Assembly (NCBI GenBank): GCA_026129095.1
Contig: JAHCIT010000002.1
Coordinates: 386,530-450,529, forward strand
DNA: 64,000 nucleotides
Reading direction: 5' to 3'
Source of the DNA: Deltaproteobacteria bacterium
Lineage (GTDB): Bacteria; JAGRBM01; JAHCIT01
Part shown: positions 9,005 through 18,261 of the stretch, piece after piece
How positions within the stretch are numbered: the first letter of the stretch is position 1
Layout of the letters: each line of letters starts with the position of its first letter
Translations under genes and position numbers: made by a program
Notes under the pieces: model-generated
The model's input: the letters and a program-made list of their open reading frames with translations, nothing else
The model's database searches: none
Told to the model about the DNA's origin: nothing

Positions 9005-9693
9005 CGGGACTGGGCCGGTTCGCTTTCTGATGACAGCGGTTTCGACGCCGGTTTTCCCGGGCAGGCCATTGGCGACCCGTCGTCATCAAAGGCGGCAATG
9101 CACCGGACCTTGCTGACCGGTTCCAGTTCGACAGCAGCCATTTCTTCGCCAAGGAGTTTCCCGATCGCGGCCAGCAGGAGCTGTTCGCGGTAGCCGATAG
9201 AGGCGGTTTCTCCACCACCCGGCGCCTGCCGTGCCGGGACAATTTCGGCCAGCAGGGTGCGTGGATGCTCGGTCGTTGGAACCAGCCGGAGCACCGGAAT
9301 CAGCACCTTCTCGCGGATGTACGCCTTGACCCGCACCTGTCCGTCTCCGGCGGGAGTGCAGGAAAGATGGATCGTGTAACGGGAAAACGCCGGGAAATCC
9401 GTCTCCGGCTCCGACTTCATCCATCCCAGCCGGAAGACCGTCAGGCTGTCGGCCGTCAGTTCGTCGGTCCGGATGAAGCAGGCCTGCCGGTCAGTAAAGG
9501 CGATGGGGAAGTTTTCCAGCGCGAGCATCATCGCGTTCCAGACATCGTCACGGCTCGCGTTAAACACCCGGACATTATCCCACACGCCGCGGTCATACTC
9601 GGCGTACCTGGCGTAGCCCAGTCCGCATCCTGACAGAAACATCGTGGATATCGCGGATGCCGCGAACATTCTGATCCGTGCAGATATGTGCAT
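8995..9693 (-). CDS. hypothetical lipoprotein
   Basis: GGAGA SD 8 nt before ATG 9693 gives MHISARIRMFAASAISTMFLSGCG (lipobox LSGC). It is the third gene, 12-27 nt after the response-regulator stop. Confidence 0.6.
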   Translation of the reverse strand: MHISARIRMFAASAISTMFLSGCGLGYARYAEYDRGVWDNVRVFNASRDDVWNAMMLALENFPIAFTDRQACFIRTDELTADSLTVFRLGWMKSEPETDFPAFSRYTIHLSCTPAGDGQVRVKAYIREKVLIPVLRLVPTTEHPRTLLAEIVPARQAPGGGETASIGYREQLLLAAIGKLLGEEMAAVELEPVSKVRCIAAFDDDGSPMACPGKPASKPLSSESEPAQSRQP

Positions 9694-9719
9694 GACAAGT
9701 GTCTCCATCCCGGAGTGCT

Positions 9720-11114
9720 TCAGGCACTCTTCAGGATTCCGTACTCCTTCAGCTTCCGCCAGAGGGTATTGCGGCCAATGCCCAGCCGGCGTGCCGTCTC
9801 CACCTGGTTATGCTGGCAGGCGGTATAGGCGTTGAGAATATGGGTCTTTTCGGCTTCGGCGAGGGGGATCACCTGGTCTGGCGATGACGCGGGCGGCCCG
9901 CCAGCAGCCGCGGATTCTCCGCCCGAACTGCCATTTTCTCCTTCTTCGCCGATATCCACACCAATCTCGGACGGCAGATCCCGCAACTGGAGTTCATCGG
10001 ATGCGGCCAGTACGGCCGCATGCCGGATCGCATTCTCCAGTTCACGGATATTGCCGGGCCACGAATACCCGGCGAGTGCCTCAAGTGCATCCCCGGATAT
10101 GGCCGCCGACTGGGACTTACGTTCCCTGGCCCAGAACTGCTGGGCAAGCTGGCGGATATCGTCGCGCCGTTCACGGACCGGCGGTAGCGGGATTTCAATC
10201 ACACGGAGCCGGTAGTAAAGATCCTCACGAAAGGCGCCTTCGCTCACCATCTGCTTCAGGTTCCGGTGGGTAGCGGCAATGAGCCGGACGTCGATGCGGA
10301 TCGTGCGATTGTCCCCGACCCGCCGGATTTCGTTCTCTTGCAGCACCCTGAGCAGCTTTACCTGAAGCGCCAGCGGCATGTCGCCGATCTCGTCCAGAAA
10401 GATGGTTCCCTTGTCGGCTTCCTCGAACAGTCCCTTCTTGGTGGCATGTGCACCGGTAAATGCTCCCTTGGCATGGCCGAACAGCTCGCTCTCCAGCAAC
10501 GCCTCCGGCAGGGCGCCGCAATTGATGGCCACGAAGGGCGACTCACCCCGCGGCGAGTTGGAATGGATGGCGCGGGCGAAGAGCTCCTTGCCGGTACCCG
10601 ATTCACCCAGCAGCAGTACCGGCGCATCCGACCCTGCTACCCGCTGGGCGAGATCAATGGCCCGTTGCATGGAAGCCGAGGAGCCGACGATATGCTCGAA
10701 TCCCTTGCGGAGTCCGACCTGGTTCTTGAGGCGCGTGACCTGCGTGATCAGCGAGTGCCGGTTCAGCGCAAGATTGACAACCTTGTTGAGATCCTCGGGC
10801 TTTACTGGCTTGGTGAGGAAATCGAATGCGCCCATCTTCATGGCTTCGACCGCAAGCCCGATGGTCCCCTCACCGGTGAGCAGGATGACTTCGACCGGGT
10901 ACTGGAGCTCCTGCACCTTCTTCAGGACATCAAGACCGGTGAGCGGCTCCATCCGGTAGTCGGTGACGACCACTTCAGGAGCCATATCCTCGATCACCCT
11001 GAGCGCCGCTTCTCCGTCCGAAGCAGTCGTGACCTCATGGCCCGCCTTTTTCAGGAAGATCGTCAGCGCGAGCAGGCTTGATGGCTCGTCATCAACCAGC
11101 AGGATATGGGCCAC
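9720..11114 (-). CDS. sigma-54-dependent response regulator (NtrC family: REC, AAA+, Fis-HTH)
   Basis: REC domain (ILLVDDE), Walker A (GESGTGKE) and GAFTGA sigma-54 contact motif; C-terminal HTH. GTG 11114 with AAGGAGA SD lies 1 nt after the HK stop. Confidence 0.9.
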   Translation of the reverse strand: MAHILLVDDEPSSLLALTIFLKKAGHEVTTASDGEAALRVIEDMAPEVVVTDYRMEPLTGLDVLKKVQELQYPVEVILLTGEGTIGLAVEAMKMGAFDFLTKPVKPEDLNKVVNLALNRHSLITQVTRLKNQVGLRKGFEHIVGSSASMQRAIDLAQRVAGSDAPVLLLGESGTGKELFARAIHSNSPRGESPFVAINCGALPEALLESELFGHAKGAFTGAHATKKGLFEEADKGTIFLDEIGDMPLALQVKLLRVLQENEIRRVGDNRTIRIDVRLIAATHRNLKQMVSEGAFREDLYYRLRVIEIPLPPVRERRDDIRQLAQQFWARERKSQSAAISGDALEALAGYSWPGNIRELENAIRHAAVLAASDELQLRDLPSEIGVDIGEEGENGSSGGESAAAGGPPASSPDQVIPLAEAEKTHILNAYTACQHNQVETARRLGIGRNTLWRKLKEYGILKSA

Positions 11115-11115
11115 T

Positions 11116-13230
11116 TCAGGTATCTCCTTGCCTGGGAAGCAGAATGGTGAATCGTGTCCCTTTTCCGGGGGCCGAGTCCACCTCGATGGCGCCCCCATGG
11201 GCTTCGATGAACCGGCGGGCGATGGCGAGACCCAGTCCCGTACCCTTCTTCTTGGTGGTGAAAAACGGCTCGAATACCCGGTCCTTCATTTCCGGCGGGA
11301 GACCCTTGCCCGTGTCGGACACCTCGAAAACGGTCACAAGCCCTTTCAGGCGTCCGCTTGCCGCCCCGGCGGGAGCGACCTCACCCCGGGCTTCCAGCCG
11401 GATCACGCCCCCCTCGCTCATTGCCTGCAATCCGTTGATGCCGATATTGATCAGCACCTGCTCCATCTGGTCCTCGTCAAAGGGAACCGTCTCCGGCAGA
11501 TCCTTCACTGATACCTCGATGGTTTTCCCGGCGGCGGCCTCGTTCTGCTTGAGAACAGCGGCGATGCCCTCCAGGAAAGCCCGGACATTCACATGCGACA
11601 GCTTGATCTCCCGCGGCCGTGCATAGGCGAGAAAGTCGGTCAGGATGTGGTTGAGGCGGTTGGTTTCCTTCCTCAGGACCCCGAACAGGGCCTTTTTCTC
11701 CTCCTCGGAAAGTTCCGTGGCGTTCTCCGGATCAAGCAGATGGGTCGTCGTCACCAGTGAATTGAGCGGATTCCGTATTTCATGTGCAAGTACCGCTGAC
11801 ATCTGCCCCACAAACGCCATCCGCTCGGCTTCGATCGCCTTGGAACGGGAGTCGGCAAGATTCATGGCCATCCGGTTGAACGCACGGGCCAGCTTCCCCA
11901 GTTCATCCCCCCGGTCCACTTCCACTGCGACTGCCTGGCTTCCGGCCCCCATGCTCTCCACCGCTTCAGTGAGGGTTTCCAGGGGTTGCGTAATGGACTG
12001 GGAAACCCGCCAGGCGGTCGCCACGATCAGTACGGCAATCAGCACCACCACAAATCCGGCAAACAGCCAGACCCGGACACCCTGTTGGAAAATCGGCTTG
12101 ATGGCAGCCATGGCCCCTTCCGAGAAAACACGGGCCGGTGCACCCAGGTACAGCGTCCAGCCCATCGATTCGATCTTGTGGAATGCGACCAGTTGCGGCC
12201 CATCGCCGATATCCACCTCGAAGGAGCCGATTCCCGCCGCCAGGCGTGCCCGCTCGCGCATCAGGCCGCCGGCCTCGTCGACCGGCAGCATGACCAGCTC
12301 ATGCCCGGCGGATCTAGCGCCGGATTTGGGTAGTCCGGCCGCATGAACCGAGTGGCTTGCCCCCACGAGCCTTTCGTTCTGGTCATAAACCCGGACAAAT
12401 CCGCCCCTGTCACCCGGTTCCACCAGTAGCGGGGTAATCCGTTCCAGGGGGATATTCACCGCCAGCATCCCCAGAAACTCGCCCGACCTCACCCACAGCG
12501 GGGCGGCAAACGTCAGCACCCAGGCTCCACCCAGCGGATCAAGATGGGTGCCAATCAGCCGGATGTGGCGGTCCGGATTCTCTCCTGGCAGAACCCGCCG
12601 GTAGGACTCCAGCTGCCGGAAATCAAAGGCCGGGTCGAGGCCTGCAATCCGTCCGGAGGCGTCGGGATCAGACGGCGGATAACGCAGCAGCAGCGAGCTT
12701 GTCGTGACAATATAGGCCGCCGACGCCGACGGGTTTGAGCGGACCCACTGCGAGAGAAATCCCTCGGCCGAAACGAGCCGTGGAATCTCGTTCCGTACAC
12801 CGTCGGGCAAGGTCTGTCCCCATGCAGGATAGAGATAGACCGGGCGCAGGTCGTCGGGGTTGGGTGAAGCCCATATCCCGCTGGAGCGGCGGACCAGTTC
12901 CACAGGCCGGAGTCCGGACTCCCGGCGCGTGGAGCCTGACAGGACATCCTCTATCTGGTCCTGCACGCGCCTCAGGTCGGCGAGCATCAGCTCAAAATGC
13001 TGGGAGACCCGGGTGGCCTCGGACCTCGCCAGTTCGCGGAAGTTTTCCTCGGCAAGGTTCTTCACGATCCGGAGGCCGGATTCGAACGACATCCGCTGGA
13101 GCACATAGACGGTGTCGGCCACCACCGCCGCGATGACTCCCAGCGGCAGGATGGAGATGGAGAAGAACAGGGCCACGAGCCGGTACCGGATAGGGATAAA
13201 CCTGTTCATTTTGCGGAAGTCGAAGGACAT
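11116..13230 (-). CDS. sensor histidine kinase with periplasmic (Cache-like) domain, HAMP, HisKA, HATPase_c
   Basis: Two TM segments flank a ~280-aa periplasmic region. H-box (AHEIRNPLNS) and G-boxes (DTGKGL, GTGLGLAI) present. Start ATG 13230 chosen because it has a GAGG SD. Confidence 0.85.
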   Translation of the reverse strand: MSFDFRKMNRFIPIRYRLVALFFSISILPLGVIAAVVADTVYVLQRMSFESGLRIVKNLAEENFRELARSEATRVSQHFELMLADLRRVQDQIEDVLSGSTRRESGLRPVELVRRSSGIWASPNPDDLRPVYLYPAWGQTLPDGVRNEIPRLVSAEGFLSQWVRSNPSASAAYIVTTSSLLLRYPPSDPDASGRIAGLDPAFDFRQLESYRRVLPGENPDRHIRLIGTHLDPLGGAWVLTFAAPLWVRSGEFLGMLAVNIPLERITPLLVEPGDRGGFVRVYDQNERLVGASHSVHAAGLPKSGARSAGHELVMLPVDEAGGLMRERARLAAGIGSFEVDIGDGPQLVAFHKIESMGWTLYLGAPARVFSEGAMAAIKPIFQQGVRVWLFAGFVVVLIAVLIVATAWRVSQSITQPLETLTEAVESMGAGSQAVAVEVDRGDELGKLARAFNRMAMNLADSRSKAIEAERMAFVGQMSAVLAHEIRNPLNSLVTTTHLLDPENATELSEEEKKALFGVLRKETNRLNHILTDFLAYARPREIKLSHVNVRAFLEGIAAVLKQNEAAAGKTIEVSVKDLPETVPFDEDQMEQVLINIGINGLQAMSEGGVIRLEARGEVAPAGAASGRLKGLVTVFEVSDTGKGLPPEMKDRVFEPFFTTKKKGTGLGLAIARRFIEAHGGAIEVDSAPGKGTRFTILLPRQGDT

Positions 13231-13366
13231 CGGCCTCAATATACCTGTTCTATTTCCGTATTCACTCCACCTTGGCACACGCGTCCTGTTCCATGTGAGA
13301 GCACTGTCCTAATCTGGAGTTCCGGTGTCTTGATATAACATATTGATATTATTGAATTATTCAAGT

Positions 13367-13382
13367 TGGCACGACTGTTGTA
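13367..13382 (+). promoter_or_regulatory. sigma-54-like -24/-12 element (TGGCAC-N5-TTGT) preceded by an AT-rich repeat tract
   Basis: TTGGCACGACTGTTGTA has a perfect -24 GG box; the -12 reads GT instead of GC. Just upstream are two TTGATAT direct repeats (13330-13349) and a TTGAAT-t-ATTCAA inverted repeat (13352-13364). It sits ~65 nt before the 13446 CDS, next to a sigma-54 activator operon. Confidence 0.3.
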
Positions 13383-13445
13383 TTACAAAAACCAGTTACC
13401 CTCGAAGGCCCATGTGGGGCCAGTGCAAGGAAAAGGGAAAAGGTC

Positions 13446-13997
13446 ATGCGGAACAACAAATTCAAAACCCTCATCTTCGTCGGATTCCTGGCGGCAACGG
13501 CTTCGGGCTGTGTCGGACCGGCCCTGCTCGCGGGTTCACTGGTGGGCCCGACTGCGGCGACCGTGAGCACGACCGCGATGATGATCAAGGCCAGCGAAAC
13601 AATGACGACCACCCAGTGGTACGACGGTATCGACTCACTCGACAAGAACAGCGATCCCGCGGCCCTGCGCCTGGCGCGGCTGCAGGAAGCCGCCCGCGAA
13701 ATCGAGAGCCGCATCGGAGTGCCCGTGAGCCCGATCGAGGTCGAAATCCTGGCGACTCTCTACCAGGCCCGGAATGCCGATCTGGAGACTTTTGCCCGTG
13801 ACCGCCGCCTGAGCCGTGCGCAGATCGAAGGTGCCCTGAAAACGCTGCGCGAAAAGGGACTGGTCAGCATGGCTGACCGCCCCGGCCGTTCCGGCGGATT
13901 TGAAGCCACCATGACCACCAGGGCCGCCATGCTGGGTAACCCCCTGGAACCGGCTCGTGGCGGGCACCCGCCGGTCTATGTGATGGCCGCCGAATAA
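13446..13997 (+). CDS. MarR-like winged-HTH protein with N-terminal lipoprotein-type signal peptide
   Basis: N-terminus MRNNKFKTLIFVGFLAATASGC (lipobox). The C-terminal 138 aa (from MMIKASE) has MarR-like wHTH (SPIEVEILATLYQ...LSRAQIEGALKTLREKGLVS). Confidence 0.55.
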   Translation: MRNNKFKTLIFVGFLAATASGCVGPALLAGSLVGPTAATVSTTAMMIKASETMTTTQWYDGIDSLDKNSDPAALRLARLQEAAREIESRIGVPVSPIEVEILATLYQARNADLETFARDRRLSRAQIEGALKTLREKGLVSMADRPGRSGGFEATMTTRAAMLGNPLEPARGGHPPVYVMAAE

Positions 13998-14029
13998 GCG
14001 TCCCGCAGACCCGCCCTCCCCGAAAATCC

Positions 14030-14060
14030 GAAGGCCCCCGGAAAAACTCCGGGGGCCTTC
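14030..14060. terminator. bidirectional intrinsic terminator hairpin between convergent genes
   Basis: Perfect 12-bp stem GAAGGCCCCCGG / CCGGGGGCCTTC with loop AAAAACT, lying between the 13997 (+) and 14088 (-) gene ends. Confidence 0.6.
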
Positions 14061-14087
14061 GGGCTTCTGACAACCGTGCGGCTGGTG

Positions 14088-15350
14088 TCACGCGTACAGC
14101 GGAGGGATCTGGCCAGTACGCATCACCTCCCGGGCGATGGTGTTCTGCTGGATCTGGTTGGTGCCGCCGCCAATCTCGATCAGTTTCGCGTCACGGGCGT
14201 GCATTTCCACTTCGGCATCCTGCATGTAGCCGAAACCGCCCATGATCTGCACCGCGTCCATGGCGACTTTCGTCGCCGCCGGCGCACAGTAGAGCTTGTC
14301 GGCGCAAGCGATCTCCATCGGAACCCGCTCGCCACGAACCTGGTAATCGAGCATCCGGAGATGCCAGTTCTTCACGTTCTCCCGGATCGTCAGCATGTCG
14401 GCCAGCATCCACCGGAGGCCCTGGAAATCACCGATCTTCTGGCCGAACTGCTCGCGCTCACGCATGTATTTGAACGTGAGTTCGCAGCACCGGTCTATGA
14501 TGCCGAGGCACATGGTCGCCGTTCCGGTGCGCTCGCTGGAGAACACATCCCGGGACTGCTCTTTGGCCTGCTCCTTTGCCTTTTCGCCGAGTAGCTGGTT
14601 GAGCGGGATCTTCACGTTATCAAGGAACACCTCGCCCGTCGGGGAGGAGTGCATCCCCATCTTCCTGAACGGCTTGGATGCCTCGAAGCCGGGTGTGCCC
14701 TTTTCGACAATGAACGCCTGGATTGGTGTGTCGCGGCTGACGCCCTGCCCCTCGTCAATCTTGGCGTAAATCACGAAGTAGTCAGCGAATGGCGCGTTGG
14801 TGATGAAAGTCTTGTGGCCGTTCAGCACCCACCAGTCGCCGTCACGACGGGCGGTGGTCCGCATCGAACCGTAGGCGTCAGAACCCGCCCCCGGTTCGGT
14901 CATGCCCCAGGCGCCGATTTTCTCCATCTTGAAGATGGGGAGACCGTATTTTTCCTTCTGCCACAGGGTTCCCTTGTTCATGATCGACTGACCATAGAGT
15001 CCCAGCGTCGCGCCGAACGAGAGGGCGATGCCCGGACACACCCGTGCCAGTTCAATGCCGAGTATCGAGCTCATCGCCGGGTCGTTACCGCCCAGCATCG
15101 AGCCGCCCTTCTTTTCCGCATCATCACCCGCTTCTCCGGCAGCCTTGGCCGCTTCGCGCTTCTTCATTTTCTGGAATGCGCTTTCGGCCATGCTGGTCAC
15201 GCCAAACGTGGTGAGCAGTTTTTTCATCAGCGGATAGGGTGGATCTTCCGGGTGGTTCTCATGGTGAATCACGTGGGGCCGGATCTCCTTGTCCATGAAC
15301 TGCCGGATCGCCATCTGAGCCATTCTGTGCGTGTCTTTGTACTGGAACAT
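14088..15350 (-). CDS. acyl-CoA dehydrogenase family protein
   Basis: GMTEPGAGSDAYG ACAD motif and a C-terminal IYEGTNQIQ-like region (IEIGGGTNQIQQ). AAGGAGA SD before ATG 15350. Has a Lys/Ala-rich insertion near the N-terminus. Confidence 0.85.
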   Translation of the reverse strand: MFQYKDTHRMAQMAIRQFMDKEIRPHVIHHENHPEDPPYPLMKKLLTTFGVTSMAESAFQKMKKREAAKAAGEAGDDAEKKGGSMLGGNDPAMSSILGIELARVCPGIALSFGATLGLYGQSIMNKGTLWQKEKYGLPIFKMEKIGAWGMTEPGAGSDAYGSMRTTARRDGDWWVLNGHKTFITNAPFADYFVIYAKIDEGQGVSRDTPIQAFIVEKGTPGFEASKPFRKMGMHSSPTGEVFLDNVKIPLNQLLGEKAKEQAKEQSRDVFSSERTGTATMCLGIIDRCCELTFKYMREREQFGQKIGDFQGLRWMLADMLTIRENVKNWHLRMLDYQVRGERVPMEIACADKLYCAPAATKVAMDAVQIMGGFGYMQDAEVEMHARDAKLIEIGGGTNQIQQNTIAREVMRTGQIPPLYA

Positions 15351-15472
15351 GATCGGTCTTCTCCTTACTTGATCAAAATGAATGACCGTTCAGTCAATCA
15401 ATGCACGGTTGCCGCATTTTGTCAATTCCGGCAATGAGCAGGGTTCAGGAACATGGATACAGTTTATGGGGT

Positions 15473-16966
15473 TTAGTGATCTTCCGAAGGGATAGTCGTG
15501 CCGTCCACCGGGGAAGCGGCATCCGTTTCTTCCGGTCCCTCCGGCTCCCCGGCCGTATTGTTTCCCTCAGAAGGCTGACGCCGCCGCGACCGGTAGGTGC
15601 CAATCACCGGCGGAGTGGTGAAAACAGGCTCGATGATCGGCCTGACGGCGGGAATCCGCGGCAGCGGCGGAACGGCCGATGCCTCAACCTCGATATCGGC
15701 ATCGTCATCCGACGGACGAAGACTCTGCCGGGCCGATTCGAGAGCGGACGAAAAGGCGCTTCGCCCGTAACGCACCAGACCATCGAAGTCGAAGTCAGGG
15801 CTCCACCACGGCCCGGAAATGAACCGACGGGCGGCCTGTGCATCCTCTTCCCGGCTATCGCGGAAGTAGGAGAAAAACAGCAGGTCACTGCGCCGGGCCA
15901 GCTCGGGCCAGGTGTGGTACCGGCCGCCCGCCGGACCGGACCGGCCCAGATCAAGACCGAAATCGAGATGCCGGGGACCGAAATATCCACGGAACGTCCA
16001 GAGCGGATCGTCAGGGCTTATCCGCTCAATCCGGTAGTCCCAGGGCGTTCCCCCGCACAATCGCCCACAAACAATGTCATCGGCATCCACGGCGGATCGT
16101 TCGGTTCCAGTAATGAGGTAGTGCCGTCGGGCCGGGAATGGTGTTGCCCGTATGCGCCGGCGGTAGTCGAGAGGAAGGTCGGGGTAAAGCTCGTGGGAAC
16201 GGGCGGCGGAAACGACCTGTGCCCTCCCCGCCCTCGGCCAGGGAATATCAGCCCCGAATATATAGGTCCGGTGTGCGCCATGCTGGGACAGCACAAGGGC
16301 CACCGGAATCTGTTTCTCGTCCAGCACAACCCAGACGATCGCGTGCAGGTCAACCGGACGCCAGGCGGCCGGATCACCGGCCCGGCCAAGCAGCTTCTGC
16401 GTGTCAATGAGTCCCTCGGGAAGTCCGTCCGGCGCAAAGACAAACTGGTAGCGGAGAAAGATCCAGGGAAGCTGCGGGCCGTCTTCGGCGAGGCGTACGT
16501 TTTCGTATTCAACGGCGGCGAGCGAACGGGCGCAGCCGGTATCACCACTACAGGTGGGGCCCGGCGCCGGATACAGTGACCGGCCGTGTCCTTCGGCCAG
16601 GCAAATCCCGTCCTGATCCGGCAATGCCTTCAATGTTTCCCGGCGCGCATCAGCGGCAAGGCGCTGTCCGGTCCGGCAGTCCACAGGGTGCCGGGTTGCC
16701 AGATAGCCGGTATCGGGAGCCAGCGGACCCGTTGATCCTCGCGATACCACCAGCAGGGGCTTGTGCGTTTCCAGGAGCGCCTGTTCGTCTTCCGGCGGCA
16801 GCGGCCCCCATTCGGGCCGGGCGAAGCGCTCCGAAGCCCGGTCCATCCGGTCCAGATAGTCCCGTCGGGCTTCCAGCGTCTGCCAGCGGAAAACCGATTT
16901 CAGTGCGAATGCGGCCGCCAGGGGAAGCAAAAGAATGACGGCCGCCGTAATGAGCGCTTTCTTCAC
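15473..16966 (-). CDS. hypothetical membrane-anchored protein (single N-terminal TM, Trp/Arg-rich)
   Basis: GTG 16966 gives MKKALITAAVILLLPLAAAFAL (TM anchor). The 497-aa ORF has GC-typical codon usage; no domain recognised. Confidence 0.55.
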   Translation of the reverse strand: MKKALITAAVILLLPLAAAFALKSVFRWQTLEARRDYLDRMDRASERFARPEWGPLPPEDEQALLETHKPLLVVSRGSTGPLAPDTGYLATRHPVDCRTGQRLAADARRETLKALPDQDGICLAEGHGRSLYPAPGPTCSGDTGCARSLAAVEYENVRLAEDGPQLPWIFLRYQFVFAPDGLPEGLIDTQKLLGRAGDPAAWRPVDLHAIVWVVLDEKQIPVALVLSQHGAHRTYIFGADIPWPRAGRAQVVSAARSHELYPDLPLDYRRRIRATPFPARRHYLITGTERSAVDADDIVCGRLCGGTPWDYRIERISPDDPLWTFRGYFGPRHLDFGLDLGRSGPAGGRYHTWPELARRSDLLFFSYFRDSREEDAQAARRFISGPWWSPDFDFDGLVRYGRSAFSSALESARQSLRPSDDDADIEVEASAVPPLPRIPAVRPIIEPVFTTPPVIGTYRSRRRQPSEGNNTAGEPEGPEETDAASPVDGTTIPSEDH

Positions 16967-17070
16967 GGCGATGAGCCTAACGGGAGCGGGCCTCCGGAGC
17001 CAAACTTCATGTCAGACCCCTGTCGGCAACACTCCCTCCACGCGCTACACTCCTGTCCGGAAGGAAATCC

Positions 17071-18243
17071 GTGTTTACCGATTTCTACTACACGCTCCGC
17101 GGCCATGAAGTCCCGGTCACACCGACCGAGTGGCTGACTTTCATGCATGCATTGTCAACAGGGTCCGTGCCCCCGACGATGGAAGGCTTCTATTCGGTGG
17201 GCCGCGCCCTGATGGTGAAAAACGAGGGAGACTTTGACCGCTGGGACCGGGCATTTCTCGAGTATTTCAAGGACGTGGAAAGCTCGGATGACATGATGGC
17301 AAAAATACTCGCCGGCCTTAAGGCCGTTCCGCCGAAAGAACTGACCGAGGCAGAAAAGGCACTGATCGAGCATCTCGATCTTGAGCAGATCCGGGCGAAC
17401 TTCGAGAAGCAGTACCGCGAAGGGCATTTCAGGGAACACGTAGGCGGAAGCAAGCGTATCGGCACCGGTGGCACGTCCACGCAAGGAAACAGCGGCTTCA
17501 ACAAGGCGGGCGTACGGGTGGGGGGCGACGGCCGGCTCCGCCGGGCAGTACAGATCGCCGGTGAGCGCAAGTTCCGCGACTATGCGGGCGACCGGGTGAT
17601 CGACATCCGGACCGTGCAGCTTGCGCTCCGCCGTCTCCGGAAACTGGTGCCTACGGGACCGGAGGACGAACTCAACCTCGACCGGACCATCGACGCCACC
17701 GCGAAGAATGCCGGGGATATTGATCTCGTCTGGCAGCAGCGCAAGCTGCCGGGCGTCCGGCTGGTGCTGCTGATGGATTCGGGCGGCAGCATGTGGCCGC
17801 ACGCCGAGCTGGTGGAGATACTGTTCTCGGCCGCGAAGGGCCTGTTCAGGGAGGTCGAATTCTTCTATTTCCACAACATGGTTTACGATCAGGTCTGGAG
17901 GAGTTTCCGGACGGGCGAGAAAGTCCGGACGGCGGAACTCATTCATGACCGGGTTCCCGAAACCAAGATCCTCTTTGTCGGCGACGCCGCCATGGCCCTG
18001 TCAGAACTGCTCTCCGTCAACGGCGCCATTGACTACTTTGCCCGTAACGAACCGGGCATCCGGTGGCTCACCCGGTTCCGCGACAAGTTCCGTCATGTGG
18101 CATGGCTGAACCCGGAGCCGGTCGAGAACTGGCACTATGCCGATTCAACGGCACGCATCGCCCAGATGATTCCGATGTTCCCGCTCACGCTGGAAGGACT
18201 CGAGGATTCCGTCCGGGAACTGACACAAGGACGGGGGCGGTAA
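17071..18243 (+). CDS. VWA domain protein, CoxE-like (VWA_CoxE)
   Basis: Central vWA/MIDAS-like region (LVLLMDSGGSM) and overall similarity to the CoxE/VWA family that usually partners MoxR ATPases. AAGGAAA SD before GTG 17071. Confidence 0.7.
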   Translation: MFTDFYYTLRGHEVPVTPTEWLTFMHALSTGSVPPTMEGFYSVGRALMVKNEGDFDRWDRAFLEYFKDVESSDDMMAKILAGLKAVPPKELTEAEKALIEHLDLEQIRANFEKQYREGHFREHVGGSKRIGTGGTSTQGNSGFNKAGVRVGGDGRLRRAVQIAGERKFRDYAGDRVIDIRTVQLALRRLRKLVPTGPEDELNLDRTIDATAKNAGDIDLVWQQRKLPGVRLVLLMDSGGSMWPHAELVEILFSAAKGLFREVEFFYFHNMVYDQVWRSFRTGEKVRTAELIHDRVPETKILFVGDAAMALSELLSVNGAIDYFARNEPGIRWLTRFRDKFRHVAWLNPEPVENWHYADSTARIAQMIPMFPLTLEGLEDSVRELTQGRGR

Positions 18244-18261
18244 GACCGGAAGCCTTTTCCC

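Noticed and set aside
8329-9242. Minus-strand ORFs of 200-250 aa antisense to the GT4 gene
   Set aside because: Low-complexity Arg/Ser/Pro-rich translations. They overlap a well-supported GT4 CDS.
10266-11081. 271-aa plus-strand ORF inside the sigma-54 regulator gene
   Set aside because: Antisense artefact. The regulator motifs (GAFTGA, Walker A) are on the minus strand.
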